A DNA stretch of 35,646 bases from Candidatus Woesearchaeota archaeon (GTDB lineage Archaea; Nanobdellota; Nanobdellia; Woesearchaeales; B72-G16). The DNA lies in the NCBI GenBank assembly GCA_003650545.1, contig QMQO01000012.1, forward strand, positions 1 to 35,646, in the 5' to 3' direction. Made by a program: the position numbers and the translations under genes. Below are positions 17,361 through 26,094 of this stretch, one piece after another. The notes under the pieces are model-generated. The model had not been told where the DNA came from and did not search any database. It was given only the letters and a program-made list of their open reading frames with translations. The first letter of the stretch is position 1, and every line of letters starts with the position of its first letter.

Positions 17361-18524
17361 ATGCCGAATTTTCATGGACATGAGTACAAGTATTTAAGGG
17401 AACGCGAATTAAATGAGATATACATAACGATTGCAATCAGAACATTTGCTATTTCTATGATTAACTTGTTTATTCCTATATACCTATATAAACTTGGTAT
17501 TTCTTTAATACACATTGTATTATACTATGTATTCTTTTATACATACGCATTGTTCCTTAATTATCCAATATCCCTATTTGCAAATAAGATTGGGTTTAAA
17601 CATTCTATTTTAGCTAGCATGCCATGCATGGTCTTACTCTACATGCTGTTTTATTCCATTGATAAAGTTCCATGGTCTTTGCCTATGCCAGCGATATTAG
17701 CAATATTTGCATTTGTTGGTTCTTGTTCAGCTCTGCTATTTTGGATGGCATTTCACTTTGATTTTTCAAAATTCACAAGAAAGAGTAAAAGAGGAACTCA
17801 GGTTGGACTATTAAAAGCAATCACCACTGTTTTGAGCGTATTGGGACCTGTTGTTGGAGGAGTTTTAGCTTCAATTTCTTTTCATGCGACATTCGTTATT
17901 GCTAGTTTGCTGTTGCTTGTGTCCACCATACCCCTGTTTTTCTCTAATGAGGTTCATAGACCTATAAAATTCAAACTAAAGTATTTGTTTTTAAGAAAAA
18001 ACACAAATAAATTTATTGCACATCTTGGTGAAGGAATTAGGATTGCACCTGTGGAAGTTCTATGGCCATTGTTTATATTCATCTCAAAGATTGGTGTTGC
18101 TTCTGTGGGCCTGATCTTTTCGGCAGCTAACTTAGTTATGGCAGCTGTGATGTTTTATATTGGAAAAAAGAGCGATAAAAGAAAAAACAGACAAAAATTT
18201 CTTACATTTGGCACAATTAGCAATGGAATTATTACAGGCACAAGAGCCTTATTTGCAAATGTGTATGGATTCTATGCTACAACAATATTAGGTGGTTTAA
18301 CTTTTGCTTTTTTAATAGTACCTTTTCATGCAAGCATGTACAAACGAGCTAGTAGAGAACCGGAATATTTGATATTCAGAGCTATAACCCTTAACTGCGG
18401 AAGGATTCTTACTCTGCTCATTGCGATACTAGCATTCTTGTATATTGAGATGAAACTAGCATTCACAATCCTGTTTGTGATTGCTGGCTTGGGAGCAATA
18501 TTAATGTGGTTTACAAAAGAATGA
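17361..18524 (+). CDS. MFS-type transporter
   Basis: About 12 hydrophobic helices; ANKIGFK and GKKSDKRK loop motifs; LGPVVGG. Confidence 0.85.
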   Translation: MPNFHGHEYKYLRERELNEIYITIAIRTFAISMINLFIPIYLYKLGISLIHIVLYYVFFYTYALFLNYPISLFANKIGFKHSILASMPCMVLLYMLFYSIDKVPWSLPMPAILAIFAFVGSCSALLFWMAFHFDFSKFTRKSKRGTQVGLLKAITTVLSVLGPVVGGVLASISFHATFVIASLLLLVSTIPLFFSNEVHRPIKFKLKYLFLRKNTNKFIAHLGEGIRIAPVEVLWPLFIFISKIGVASVGLIFSAANLVMAAVMFYIGKKSDKRKNRQKFLTFGTISNGIITGTRALFANVYGFYATTILGGLTFAFLIVPFHASMYKRASREPEYLIFRAITLNCGRILTLLIAILAFLYIEMKLAFTILFVIAGLGAILMWFTKE

Positions 18525-18557
18525 AATTTAAAAAAAAGGAAAAAAAGGAAAAAGAAA

Positions 18558-19208
18558 GTGAAAAAGAAAAGAAAAAAGAAAAAGAAAGGAAAAAAGGAAG
18601 GAAAAAAGAAAGCTATGTTGTTAATAAGCCAAGGGATTGATAGTCCTGTTGCAGGCTGGTTGATGAAAAAAAAACTAGATATAATTGGATTGCATTTCGA
18701 TAACGAGGTTGGCTCAGCTAGTAAAGTTAAAAGGTTATGTAAGATAATTGGCGTAAAAAAATTATATGTGGTGAAGCACAGTTCCTTTATTACGAACATC
18801 ATAGAGAAAATAAACAGAAGATTTACTTGTGTTATCTGCAAAAGAATGATGTATAGAATCACTAATAAGATTGCTGAGAGAGAGAATTGCAGTTTTCTTA
18901 TAACTGGTGAGAGTCTCGGCCAGGTTGCTAGTCAAACATTAGATAACCTTGTTGTGCTTGATGATGCTAGCAAATTAGTTGTTTTAAGACCATTGCTAAG
19001 CTACGATAAAGAAGAGACAATACAGATTGCTAAAAGAATTGGCACTTATAGTATCTCTACTGAAGCTAATTGGCGCTGTAAGTACTTACCAAAAAAACCT
19101 GTAACAAAAGCAAAGTTAACAGCAATCAAAAAGCAAGAAGAAAGGTTAGATGTTAACTGGCTTGTAGAAGAATCTGTTAAAGGTGCAGTAGTGGTACGGA
19201 TACAATAA
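18558..19208 (+). CDS. thiI: ThiI-like tRNA sulfurtransferase, catalytic domain only
   Basis: SQGIDSPVA PP-loop, C..CKR.M, TGESLGQVASQT..NL, RPL..DKEE....A..IGT and a third Cys; no NFLD/THUMP domain. Start uncertain. Confidence 0.8.
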   Translation: MKKKRKKKKKGKKEGKKKAMLLISQGIDSPVAGWLMKKKLDIIGLHFDNEVGSASKVKRLCKIIGVKKLYVVKHSSFITNIIEKINRRFTCVICKRMMYRITNKIAERENCSFLITGESLGQVASQTLDNLVVLDDASKLVVLRPLLSYDKEETIQIAKRIGTYSISTEANWRCKYLPKKPVTKAKLTAIKKQEERLDVNWLVEESVKGAVVVRIQ

Positions 19209-19872
19209 AATAAATAATTATAAATATACATAATTACTATGACTCTTCAAGTAAAATAACAATAACTTCAATAACTTCTTATAAAACTTTTATGATAACT
19301 CGTTGTTTGGGTTTGTATAAGGTATCAATAGAGATAAATTTTTGTTTATTTTTCTGGGGCAATATAACATTTGCTATATATTTTCTATTTTCAGATTTTT
19401 TAGAAAAATATAAGGTATATAATTTTAAGAGATTAATTTTAAGGATTTAGAAAATATCATTCTAAGCGATGTTGAATAAAAGATGTTAATGCTATTCTAT
19501 TTTTTGTTTTAACTCATCAAATTCTAACAAATCTTTGATCTAACTGTGTATACATCTACTGTATACATCTACTCTGTATGGGTTTTTGTTTCTGCTCTTA
19601 TCCTTGGGGTTATCTTTTTGATATTTCTTCTACTAGCGTTTTCAAGGTCTTACAAGAAATCCTTATGTGGTTTTCCTTTCTAAATAATTTTGAAAACCCT
19701 TTTCTCATTTATATCACCTTATTTAAAAAGGAAGAGAGATTATATTGAGCCTATACAATGTTGAATCTATACAACTTGACCTTTAACCCAAAATCTTATA
19801 AATACTTATAAATACCTAAGAATTTAAACAGATTTAAACAGATATTGTATTTTTTTTAATTGAGGTTACATT

Positions 19873-20898
19873 ATGTTAACAAGAAAAGAATTAAAGGAGA
19901 TCAGAAAAGAACTGGACAATTGTGCAAATCCAATATTCTTTTTCCACGACGATCCAGATGGTTTGGCTTCATTCTTATTGTTGTATAGATATAAAAAAGA
20001 TGGTCATGGTGTTATTGTTAAAAGTCATCCTAAAATTGTGGAAGAATTCGCAAAAAAAGTTAAATACTACAATGCTGATAAAGTATTTATATTAGACCTA
20101 GCATTAGTTGATCAGGAGTTTATTGATGCTGTAAAAGTGCCTGTTGTATGGATAGATCATCACGGGCCGTTGAAAAGAAGAGGTGTTAAATATTTTAATC
20201 CACGTACCAGAAATCCAAAAGATAATTTTCCTGTTAGTTATATCTGCTATTTAGCTGTCAAAGGAGAGCTATGGATTGCTATGCTTGGTACTGTTGGAGA
20301 CTGGTTTATGCCTAAATTTGCCAAGACTTTTATGAAAAGATATCCTGACTTATTACCTGCAAATATTAAAAAACCCGAAGACGCGTTGTTTAAAACAAGA
20401 TTGGGAGATTTAATAAGGATTTCTTCTTTTGTGACTAAAGGTAAGATTTCAGAAGTGATGAAATGTGTAAAAATATTCACAAGAATCAAATCACCGTACG
20501 AAATTCTTAACCAAGAAACAGCTCAAGGAAAATATATCTATAGACGATATGAGAAAATTAACAAGGAATACAAAATTCTGCTTAGAAGAATACTAAAATC
20601 AAAAAAAGGGAAAAAAATACTTGTGTTCCCATACAAAGAGATAAAACATTGTTTTACAAAGGAACTTGCAAATGAATTATTATATTTGTTTCCAGATAAA
20701 GTTATCCTAATAGCCAGGGAAAAGGCCGGAGAGATGAAAACTAGTTTGAGGGCAAGGGATGTGGTGTTGCCACCGATTGTAAAAAAAGTGTTTACTGAGA
20801 TAGAGGGTTATGGTGGTGGGCACGAGCATGCCTGTGGTGCTGTGGTAAAGAAAAAGGACTTTGATAGGTTTGTCAAACTAATTGAAGATAATATTTGA
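19873..20898 (+). CDS. DHH/DHHA1 family phosphoesterase
   Basis: HDDPDG, ILD, WIDHH, GTVGD, SLR and GGGHEHACG motifs; GAGGT RBS. Confidence 0.9.
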   Translation: MLTRKELKEIRKELDNCANPIFFFHDDPDGLASFLLLYRYKKDGHGVIVKSHPKIVEEFAKKVKYYNADKVFILDLALVDQEFIDAVKVPVVWIDHHGPLKRRGVKYFNPRTRNPKDNFPVSYICYLAVKGELWIAMLGTVGDWFMPKFAKTFMKRYPDLLPANIKKPEDALFKTRLGDLIRISSFVTKGKISEVMKCVKIFTRIKSPYEILNQETAQGKYIYRRYEKINKEYKILLRRILKSKKGKKILVFPYKEIKHCFTKELANELLYLFPDKVILIAREKAGEMKTSLRARDVVLPPIVKKVFTEIEGYGGGHEHACGAVVKKKDFDRFVKLIEDNI

Positions 20899-20937
20899 GT
20901 AATGTTTAAATATTGTATGTTTTTTTTAATTATCTGT

Positions 20938-21083
20938 GCGGCGGTGGTCTAATGGCTATGACAGCGGCCTTCCAATCCTTATAAGAAGATAGCCGCTTAT
21001 CCGGGAAATGTCTCGGACCGTGCATTCGGAAATTCGAATTTCGAAGGGTCATGGCTTTTCTTACGAATGTCCCGGCCGCCGCA
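20938..21083 (+). tRNA. tRNA-Gly(TCC) with three introns (20975-20990 at 37/38, 21006-21032 at 53/54, 21039-21069 at 59/60)
   Basis: Acceptor stem GCGGCGG/CCGCCGC plus A; anticodon stem GCGGC/GCCGC with loop CT-TCC-AA; T-stem CCGGG/CCCGG. Removing three BHB-bounded inserts gives a 72-nt tRNA with a TTCGAAT T-loop. Confidence 0.9.
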
Positions 21084-21196
21084 TACGGTCCACACATCTA
21101 CGAGAATTAAAAAAAATATTTAGAAAAAAAATATTTAGCTAAAAAATAATTTAAAAACTAAAAAGTAATTTAAAAAATATAAAAATATTAAAAAAA

Positions 21197-22303
21197 TTAT
21201 TCTAATACAGATAATTTTCTATCTTTTACATTGTATAATTTTGTTTTAATTTGTAGCACCCTATCCTTAAATCCGTTGCTATTCAAAGCAGTAGGGTAAT
21301 CCTTAATAGTTAGTAGATGTTCTTTGATACAATCTTTAGTTACAGGGTTACAGTGCTTTGCTGCTTCTGCTAAAATTATTACTTCGTCATAACCATATGC
21401 TGCAGCAACCAAATCTGCTTTAGATGCATTAGGATGCTTCTCATTGTATTTTTTTGCAAAGTCTGTATCTTCCAAACCATATAAATCAAAGGTTATTATC
21501 CTCTGTAGTGTTTCTTCAGGTATGTTTTTTAAAACTTCATTAGGCACACACTCTGAACCTGATCCACATAAAATATTAAAATCAATATCCATCTCAACCA
21601 TTTGCTGGAAGAACGGTACAAACTCATCTGTCCATCCAACTATGATTATTGTATCTACGCCGTCATCTTTTGCTTTTGTGAATAATGGTTTAAAATCCGT
21701 ATCTCCAAAATTGTACCAGTATTCATTTATGTTCGGCTCGATTTCCTTTGCACCCTTTAAACAAAGATGGCTATACTCTGTCTGAGCTAGGATAGCTCCT
21801 AGTTTTTTAGTTTTATTATTGACTTTTGCATATCTAACCATTTTCTTGCAATCAGACTCTACATCCAAAAATGATTTGAATGCGTAGTCGTTTTCTTCTA
21901 GTATAGATTTTACATATCCCACATATACAAAAGGTGTTTTTTCATCTTTAAAAACAGGCGCAACTGCTAATGATGGCATTGAGAAATCAACTATTGCAGC
22001 GTCTATTTTGTCTATGTTTATAAGTTTCTTTGCCGCCATTACGGTTTCTTTTCCATTAGCCTTGCTATCTTCAATATATAAATCTAGTTTCATACCTTCT
22101 GAACTTATTTTATCTTTTGCAATCTCTGCTCCGTTTATAACAGGAACACCCCAATACGCACCCCACCCTGTTAAGGGTGTGATTATTCCAATTTTTAATG
22201 TTTTTATTGTTTCTTGACTATTTAAAGTATGCGTTGTAGTACAAGCAGACAACAAAATAGCTCCAATTATAACTAACACAAGTACTACATGTATGTTTTT
22301 CAT
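21197..22303 (-). CDS. LivK-like periplasmic binding protein type 1 (lipoprotein), second paralogue
   Basis: LSAC lipobox; LKIGIITPLTG, IEDS, AKKLINID, DFKP, AAYGYD; GAGGTG RBS. Confidence 0.85.
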   Translation of the reverse strand: MKNIHVVLVLVIIGAILLSACTTTHTLNSQETIKTLKIGIITPLTGWGAYWGVPVINGAEIAKDKISSEGMKLDLYIEDSKANGKETVMAAKKLINIDKIDAAIVDFSMPSLAVAPVFKDEKTPFVYVGYVKSILEENDYAFKSFLDVESDCKKMVRYAKVNNKTKKLGAILAQTEYSHLCLKGAKEIEPNINEYWYNFGDTDFKPLFTKAKDDGVDTIIIVGWTDEFVPFFQQMVEMDIDFNILCGSGSECVPNEVLKNIPEETLQRIITFDLYGLEDTDFAKKYNEKHPNASKADLVAAAYGYDEVIILAEAAKHCNPVTKDCIKEHLLTIKDYPTALNSNGFKDRVLQIKTKLYNVKDRKLSVLE

Positions 22304-22376
22304 TTTTACACCTCAACCAGTAATCTATCGTCACCGGCTAATAGTGATAACCAAAGAAGAAACATTTAAATATTTG

Positions 22377-22396
22377 CTACTATATGCATATAGTAG
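22377..22396. promoter_or_regulatory. Perfect 20-bp palindrome CTACTATATGCATATAGTAG, candidate operator
   Basis: Exact inverted repeat 1 nt before the TrmB ATG and just upstream of the minus-strand TATA-like box at 22364-22372. Confidence 0.6.
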
Positions 22397-22397
22397 T

Positions 22398-23162
22398 ATG
22401 AAAAAAATTGAGCCGATCCTTGAAAAAGTTGGGTTAACAAGACAAGAATCCAGGGTTTATGTTGCATTGTTGGAATTGCAAGAAGCCAAAGCAGGGGCTT
22501 TATGCAGGTTCACTAAGATAGCAAGTTCTAATATATATAACATTCTAGATTCCCTGATGAAGAAAGGTATTGTTAGTTATCGTGTTGAAAATAATATAAA
22601 AGTTTTTATACCTTCACCGCCAGAAGTGTTAAATGAGTTATTTCTTGAAAAACAAAAAAATCTTGATAGAGAAAGAAGAGAGATAGCTGAGCTTATACAT
22701 AGCCTTAAAAAAAGAAAGGTTAAAGAAGAACCATACTCTAATTATAAATACTACCAAGGTATAAGCGGACTGAAATCAATGTGGTATGAAATAAATTCTA
22801 TCATGAGCAAAGAAAATATAATAAAAATTCATACAGCCAAAAAGGGAAGTTACGAGAGATTGGTTGGTTTTTATACTGAACACCATAGGTCAAGACAAAA
22901 GAAGAAAGTAGAGGAATGGCTAATATATCCAAAGGAGGACTTAGAGTTAGCAAAAAAAAGAAAGAGAGAATTTAAACGCACAATTATAAAGTTTCTAGAT
23001 TTAAAAAATGATGCTGAATGGGGCATAGTTAAAGATAATTTCTTTATGCAATATGCTATAAGTAAAAAACCTCATGGCTTCTTGATAAAAGATAAGATAT
23101 TTGCAAAAACATTTGAAGAAGTTTTTGACAGACTCTGGAACATTGCAACACATAAGCCATAA
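22398..23162 (+). CDS. TrmB-family transcriptional regulator
   Basis: LEKVGLTRQE..VYVAL...IYNILDSLMKKGIV winged HTH; start placed at ATG 22398 by comparison with the other paralogues. Confidence 0.9.
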   Translation: MKKIEPILEKVGLTRQESRVYVALLELQEAKAGALCRFTKIASSNIYNILDSLMKKGIVSYRVENNIKVFIPSPPEVLNELFLEKQKNLDRERREIAELIHSLKKRKVKEEPYSNYKYYQGISGLKSMWYEINSIMSKENIIKIHTAKKGSYERLVGFYTEHHRSRQKKKVEEWLIYPKEDLELAKKRKREFKRTIIKFLDLKNDAEWGIVKDNFFMQYAISKKPHGFLIKDKIFAKTFEEVFDRLWNIATHKP

Positions 23163-23180
23163 CTCAACCAACTCAACCAA

Positions 23181-24332
23181 TCAACCAACAACCTTACTTT
23201 TTATCATAATATTTTCTCCCAATATTTTTTCCGCAGCAGGGATCAACTCTTCAAAATAATTAAGTCTGTTTTTAGTCTTTAGCTCTTCTATTGCTTTAGC
23301 AAACCATGATTTTATAATAGATTCGTGCTTTTCAATAGCTGCTACAAAATCCTGTTCTTGGATCTTCCGTTTTACATTCGTTTTGAAATATTCCTTTAAT
23401 GGTATCTCTGTTGCAGCTTCACACACTGCCTTTATATCAGCACCGGAAAAGTTTTTTGTTAACTCTAGGAGTTTTTTTCCGTTTATATTTGTGTCTAATG
23501 GCTTTCCCTTTAGATGTATCTTGAATATTTCCTTCCTAGCGTCATTATCCGGAAGCGGCACAAAGATCGTTTGGCCAAATCTGCCCTCTCTTCTTAATGC
23601 TAAGTCAATATTCCAAGGTTCATTCGTGGCTGCCAATAGTAATATTTTCTGATCTTTTGTTCCGAAACCATCCATCTCTGCCAATAGTTGTGTAATCGCA
23701 CCACGCTCATTTACTGGTGTTTGGCTCCTATCACCCCCTAATGTTTCAAATTCATCAAAAAAAATAATCGCTGGCTGATTCTTTCTTGCCTCTTCAAATA
23801 ATGCTGCTATGTTCCTTTCAGCTTCACCAACATACTTACTCTTTATGTCTGAAGCTTTTACATGAAAAAATGTTGCATTTGCTTCTCCAGCTGTGGCTTC
23901 TGCTATCAAAGACTTACCACAGCCTGGTGGACCATACATCAAGATACCACCACCTATCCTTTTCCCATAATGTTCATATATTTCTGGATAAAGAAAGGGT
24001 TTGATGATCTTGAATCTAATCTCATCCTTAAGCTGCTCTAAACCTCCTATATCCTTAAAACATAATTTGGTTTTTCTTGTTTGTGTCCGGATATTTTCTT
24101 TTTTGTTATCTGTCAAGAATTTGCTATTAAGTTTGCTATCAACAGAAATATCTTTGGCTTTATTATAACATTGTTTCGCCTTATCCATTAGTTCTCTTTC
24201 GCGAGTATTATTGCTCACAGAAAGCGAGATGTAAATCTCGCCTGCTTTCAGGAAAAGCTCTTTTGCTTTTTTTGGATCTTTTTCCGCTTTTGCTTGCTTG
24301 ATTTTTTCTTCAGCATCTTTTTCAGTACACAT
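23181..24332 (-). CDS. Single-ring classic AAA ATPase with a helical (MIT-like) N-terminus
   Basis: F.DIGGL, GPPGCGKS, SKYVGE pore loop, IIFFDE, AATN.PW.ID.ALRR.GRF, FSGADI. Confidence 0.9.
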   Translation of the reverse strand: MCTEKDAEEKIKQAKAEKDPKKAKELFLKAGEIYISLSVSNNTRERELMDKAKQCYNKAKDISVDSKLNSKFLTDNKKENIRTQTRKTKLCFKDIGGLEQLKDEIRFKIIKPFLYPEIYEHYGKRIGGGILMYGPPGCGKSLIAEATAGEANATFFHVKASDIKSKYVGEAERNIAALFEEARKNQPAIIFFDEFETLGGDRSQTPVNERGAITQLLAEMDGFGTKDQKILLLAATNEPWNIDLALRREGRFGQTIFVPLPDNDARKEIFKIHLKGKPLDTNINGKKLLELTKNFSGADIKAVCEAATEIPLKEYFKTNVKRKIQEQDFVAAIEKHESIIKSWFAKAIEELKTKNRLNYFEELIPAAEKILGENIMIKSKVVG

Positions 24333-24333
24333 T

Positions 24334-24990
24334 TTATATATACCTCAACATCATTTGTTTTTTTTCTTTGAATTTCTCATAGTTCTTGAATTCGTCTACC
24401 CCCAGTTTGTTTAGTTCCTTTAGGATCTTACCTGCTAACTCTGAGCGTTCTTCTTGGATACTTTGTTTTGGTTGGATTAAGTAGTTTAAACTCAGTGTGT
24501 ATTGTGGCGTTGTTATTTGTATAGGTGTTGTCTTTGGAATCGCATCTGCAAAAGCTTTCGTTGTTGCAGCTTCTGGCAATGTTTGGTGCGCAACTACAAC
24601 AGCATTATCTATAGCAGCGAACTTTTGTGTTTCTGTTGTCGCTGATTGTTCTGGTGTAATAATCAGTGTTTCTTTATTTTTGTCTGGTAGATAAAATTCA
24701 CTCAGCATTTTAGAGTCACCTACTGATCTTAATGGAGTGTTATTTTCGTAGTACATTGATGTTATGTTTGGTGTAGTGTTTGTAGTGTTTGTCGTATATT
24801 GCTTGCTGAATAATTCTTTGGTTTTTAGAGAATAGTTAGAGGAGTAACGAGAGCGATAATCAGAGCTATTATAGAGTTCTCTGCCAGCTGTAACAGCAAA
24901 TGGATCGTACTGCTTGTATTGTTTGAAAGGTCTATAACTAACTCTGCCATACGCAGTAATTACAAGTCCTAAGTGTCCTGAACAGACCAT
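24334..24990 (-). CDS. Hypothetical protein, Tyr/Ser/Thr-rich, in an operon with the AAA ATPase
   Basis: 218-aa ORF with AGGTG RBS; its stop is 1 nt from the AAA start codon. Confidence 0.75.
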   Translation of the reverse strand: MVCSGHLGLVITAYGRVSYRPFKQYKQYDPFAVTAGRELYNSSDYRSRYSSNYSLKTKELFSKQYTTNTTNTTPNITSMYYENNTPLRSVGDSKMLSEFYLPDKNKETLIITPEQSATTETQKFAAIDNAVVVAHQTLPEAATTKAFADAIPKTTPIQITTPQYTLSLNYLIQPKQSIQEERSELAGKILKELNKLGVDEFKNYEKFKEKKQMMLRYI

Positions 24991-25198
24991 TGTGACACCT
25001 TTATCAATTAATTAACCCTAAGATTTCAGAAAATATAAATTTTAGTGTGACGAGTGTGACATAAAAATCAAAGGGCACAAAGTTTATAAATATCCCACTC
25101 ATAGCACCAAATAATGAGTATCTTTGTTTAAATACAGATAAATAAGGCAGCTGCTTTAATTTCCATTATTTAAGATGATCATCATCAAAATAAGTGAT

Positions 25199-25296
25199 TC
25201 ATGATAAAACAACATGATAAAACACATAATAAAACACGCAGTAAAATACACAATAAAACATAGTACATAATAAATAAACATAAAATACATAATAAA
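25199..25296. repeat. Degenerate 12-nt tandem repeat (CATAATAAAACA)
   Basis: About seven to eight imperfect copies in the intergenic region. Confidence 0.75.
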
Positions 25297-25361
25297 AAAA
25301 TATAAGTTTTAAGAACAAACGAGTAAAAAATGAAATTTTTTGCCTAAAAGAGGTATTGTTA

Positions 25362-26054
25362 ATGGCTAAATCAAAAAATACTAAAAAAACAAGAAAGACA
25401 AAGAAAAAGGCAAAAAAAATTCTCATATTCTGTGCACACCCTGATGATGAAGTTATTGGTGCAGGTGGAGCTATTGCACACTATAAAAAGAAAGGACTCA
25501 CATCACTCGCAATAATATTTTCATACGGGGAAGGTAGTCACCCTTGGCAAAAGAAAAAGTTTATTGCTAAAACCCGTGTCCAAGAGTGTAGAAGAGCTGG
25601 AAAAATCATTGGGTGCGAAGAGCATGTCTTTCTTGGCCTAAAAGATGGAACATTGCAAAGTGGTGTAAAAAAACCATTTGTTGCAAAGAGTATAAGGAAA
25701 ATTGTTGAGCAAAATAAACCAAAGAAAATATTCACGCATTCAAAAGACGATCCTTTTCCGGATCATAGGGCTGTTCACAGAATTGTTTCAGAAACCTTAC
25801 ATAAAATGAAATATAAATGTGACTTGTATAGCTTTGATATATGGAATCCATTTAATATCCGCAGTAGAAATCAACCAAAGTTAGTTGTTGATATCAGCAA
25901 AGAGTTTAAAGATAAAATCAAAGCAATTAAAATATTCAAAAGCCAGAAAGCCAATGCAATAATCTTGTTAACCCCTCTTATATATCTTAGAGCAATACTT
26001 AATGGTATATACTATGGTTATAAATTTGCAGAGGTCTTCCTAAAGATTAAATGA
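25362..26054 (+). CDS. PIG-L/LmbE family N-acetylglucosaminyl deacetylase
   Basis: AHPDDE, SYGE, R..E...A, THS.DD..PDH, VDIS....K..A...FKSQ; GAGGT RBS before ATG 25362. Confidence 0.9.
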   Translation: MAKSKNTKKTRKTKKKAKKILIFCAHPDDEVIGAGGAIAHYKKKGLTSLAIIFSYGEGSHPWQKKKFIAKTRVQECRRAGKIIGCEEHVFLGLKDGTLQSGVKKPFVAKSIRKIVEQNKPKKIFTHSKDDPFPDHRAVHRIVSETLHKMKYKCDLYSFDIWNPFNIRSRNQPKLVVDISKEFKDKIKAIKIFKSQKANAIILLTPLIYLRAILNGIYYGYKFAEVFLKIK

Positions 26055-26094
26055 ATGCCTGAAAATTAAATGAATAAGAATAAAATGGTTCAAA

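Noticed and set aside
18326..18862. 178-aa minus-strand ORF with a poly-Phe run
   Set aside because: Antisense shadow of the MFS and ThiI genes and the purine tract.
23181..24332. Calling the AAA ATPase CdvC/Vps4 of an ESCRT division system
   Set aside because: No ESCRT-III or CdvA neighbour, and the arginine-finger spacing is Cdc48-like; left as an unassigned AAA ATPase.
25199..25426. 75-aa minus-strand ORF with FYYV/FYCV repeats
   Set aside because: Product of the 12-nt tandem repeat, and antisense to the Lys-rich start of the PIG-L gene.
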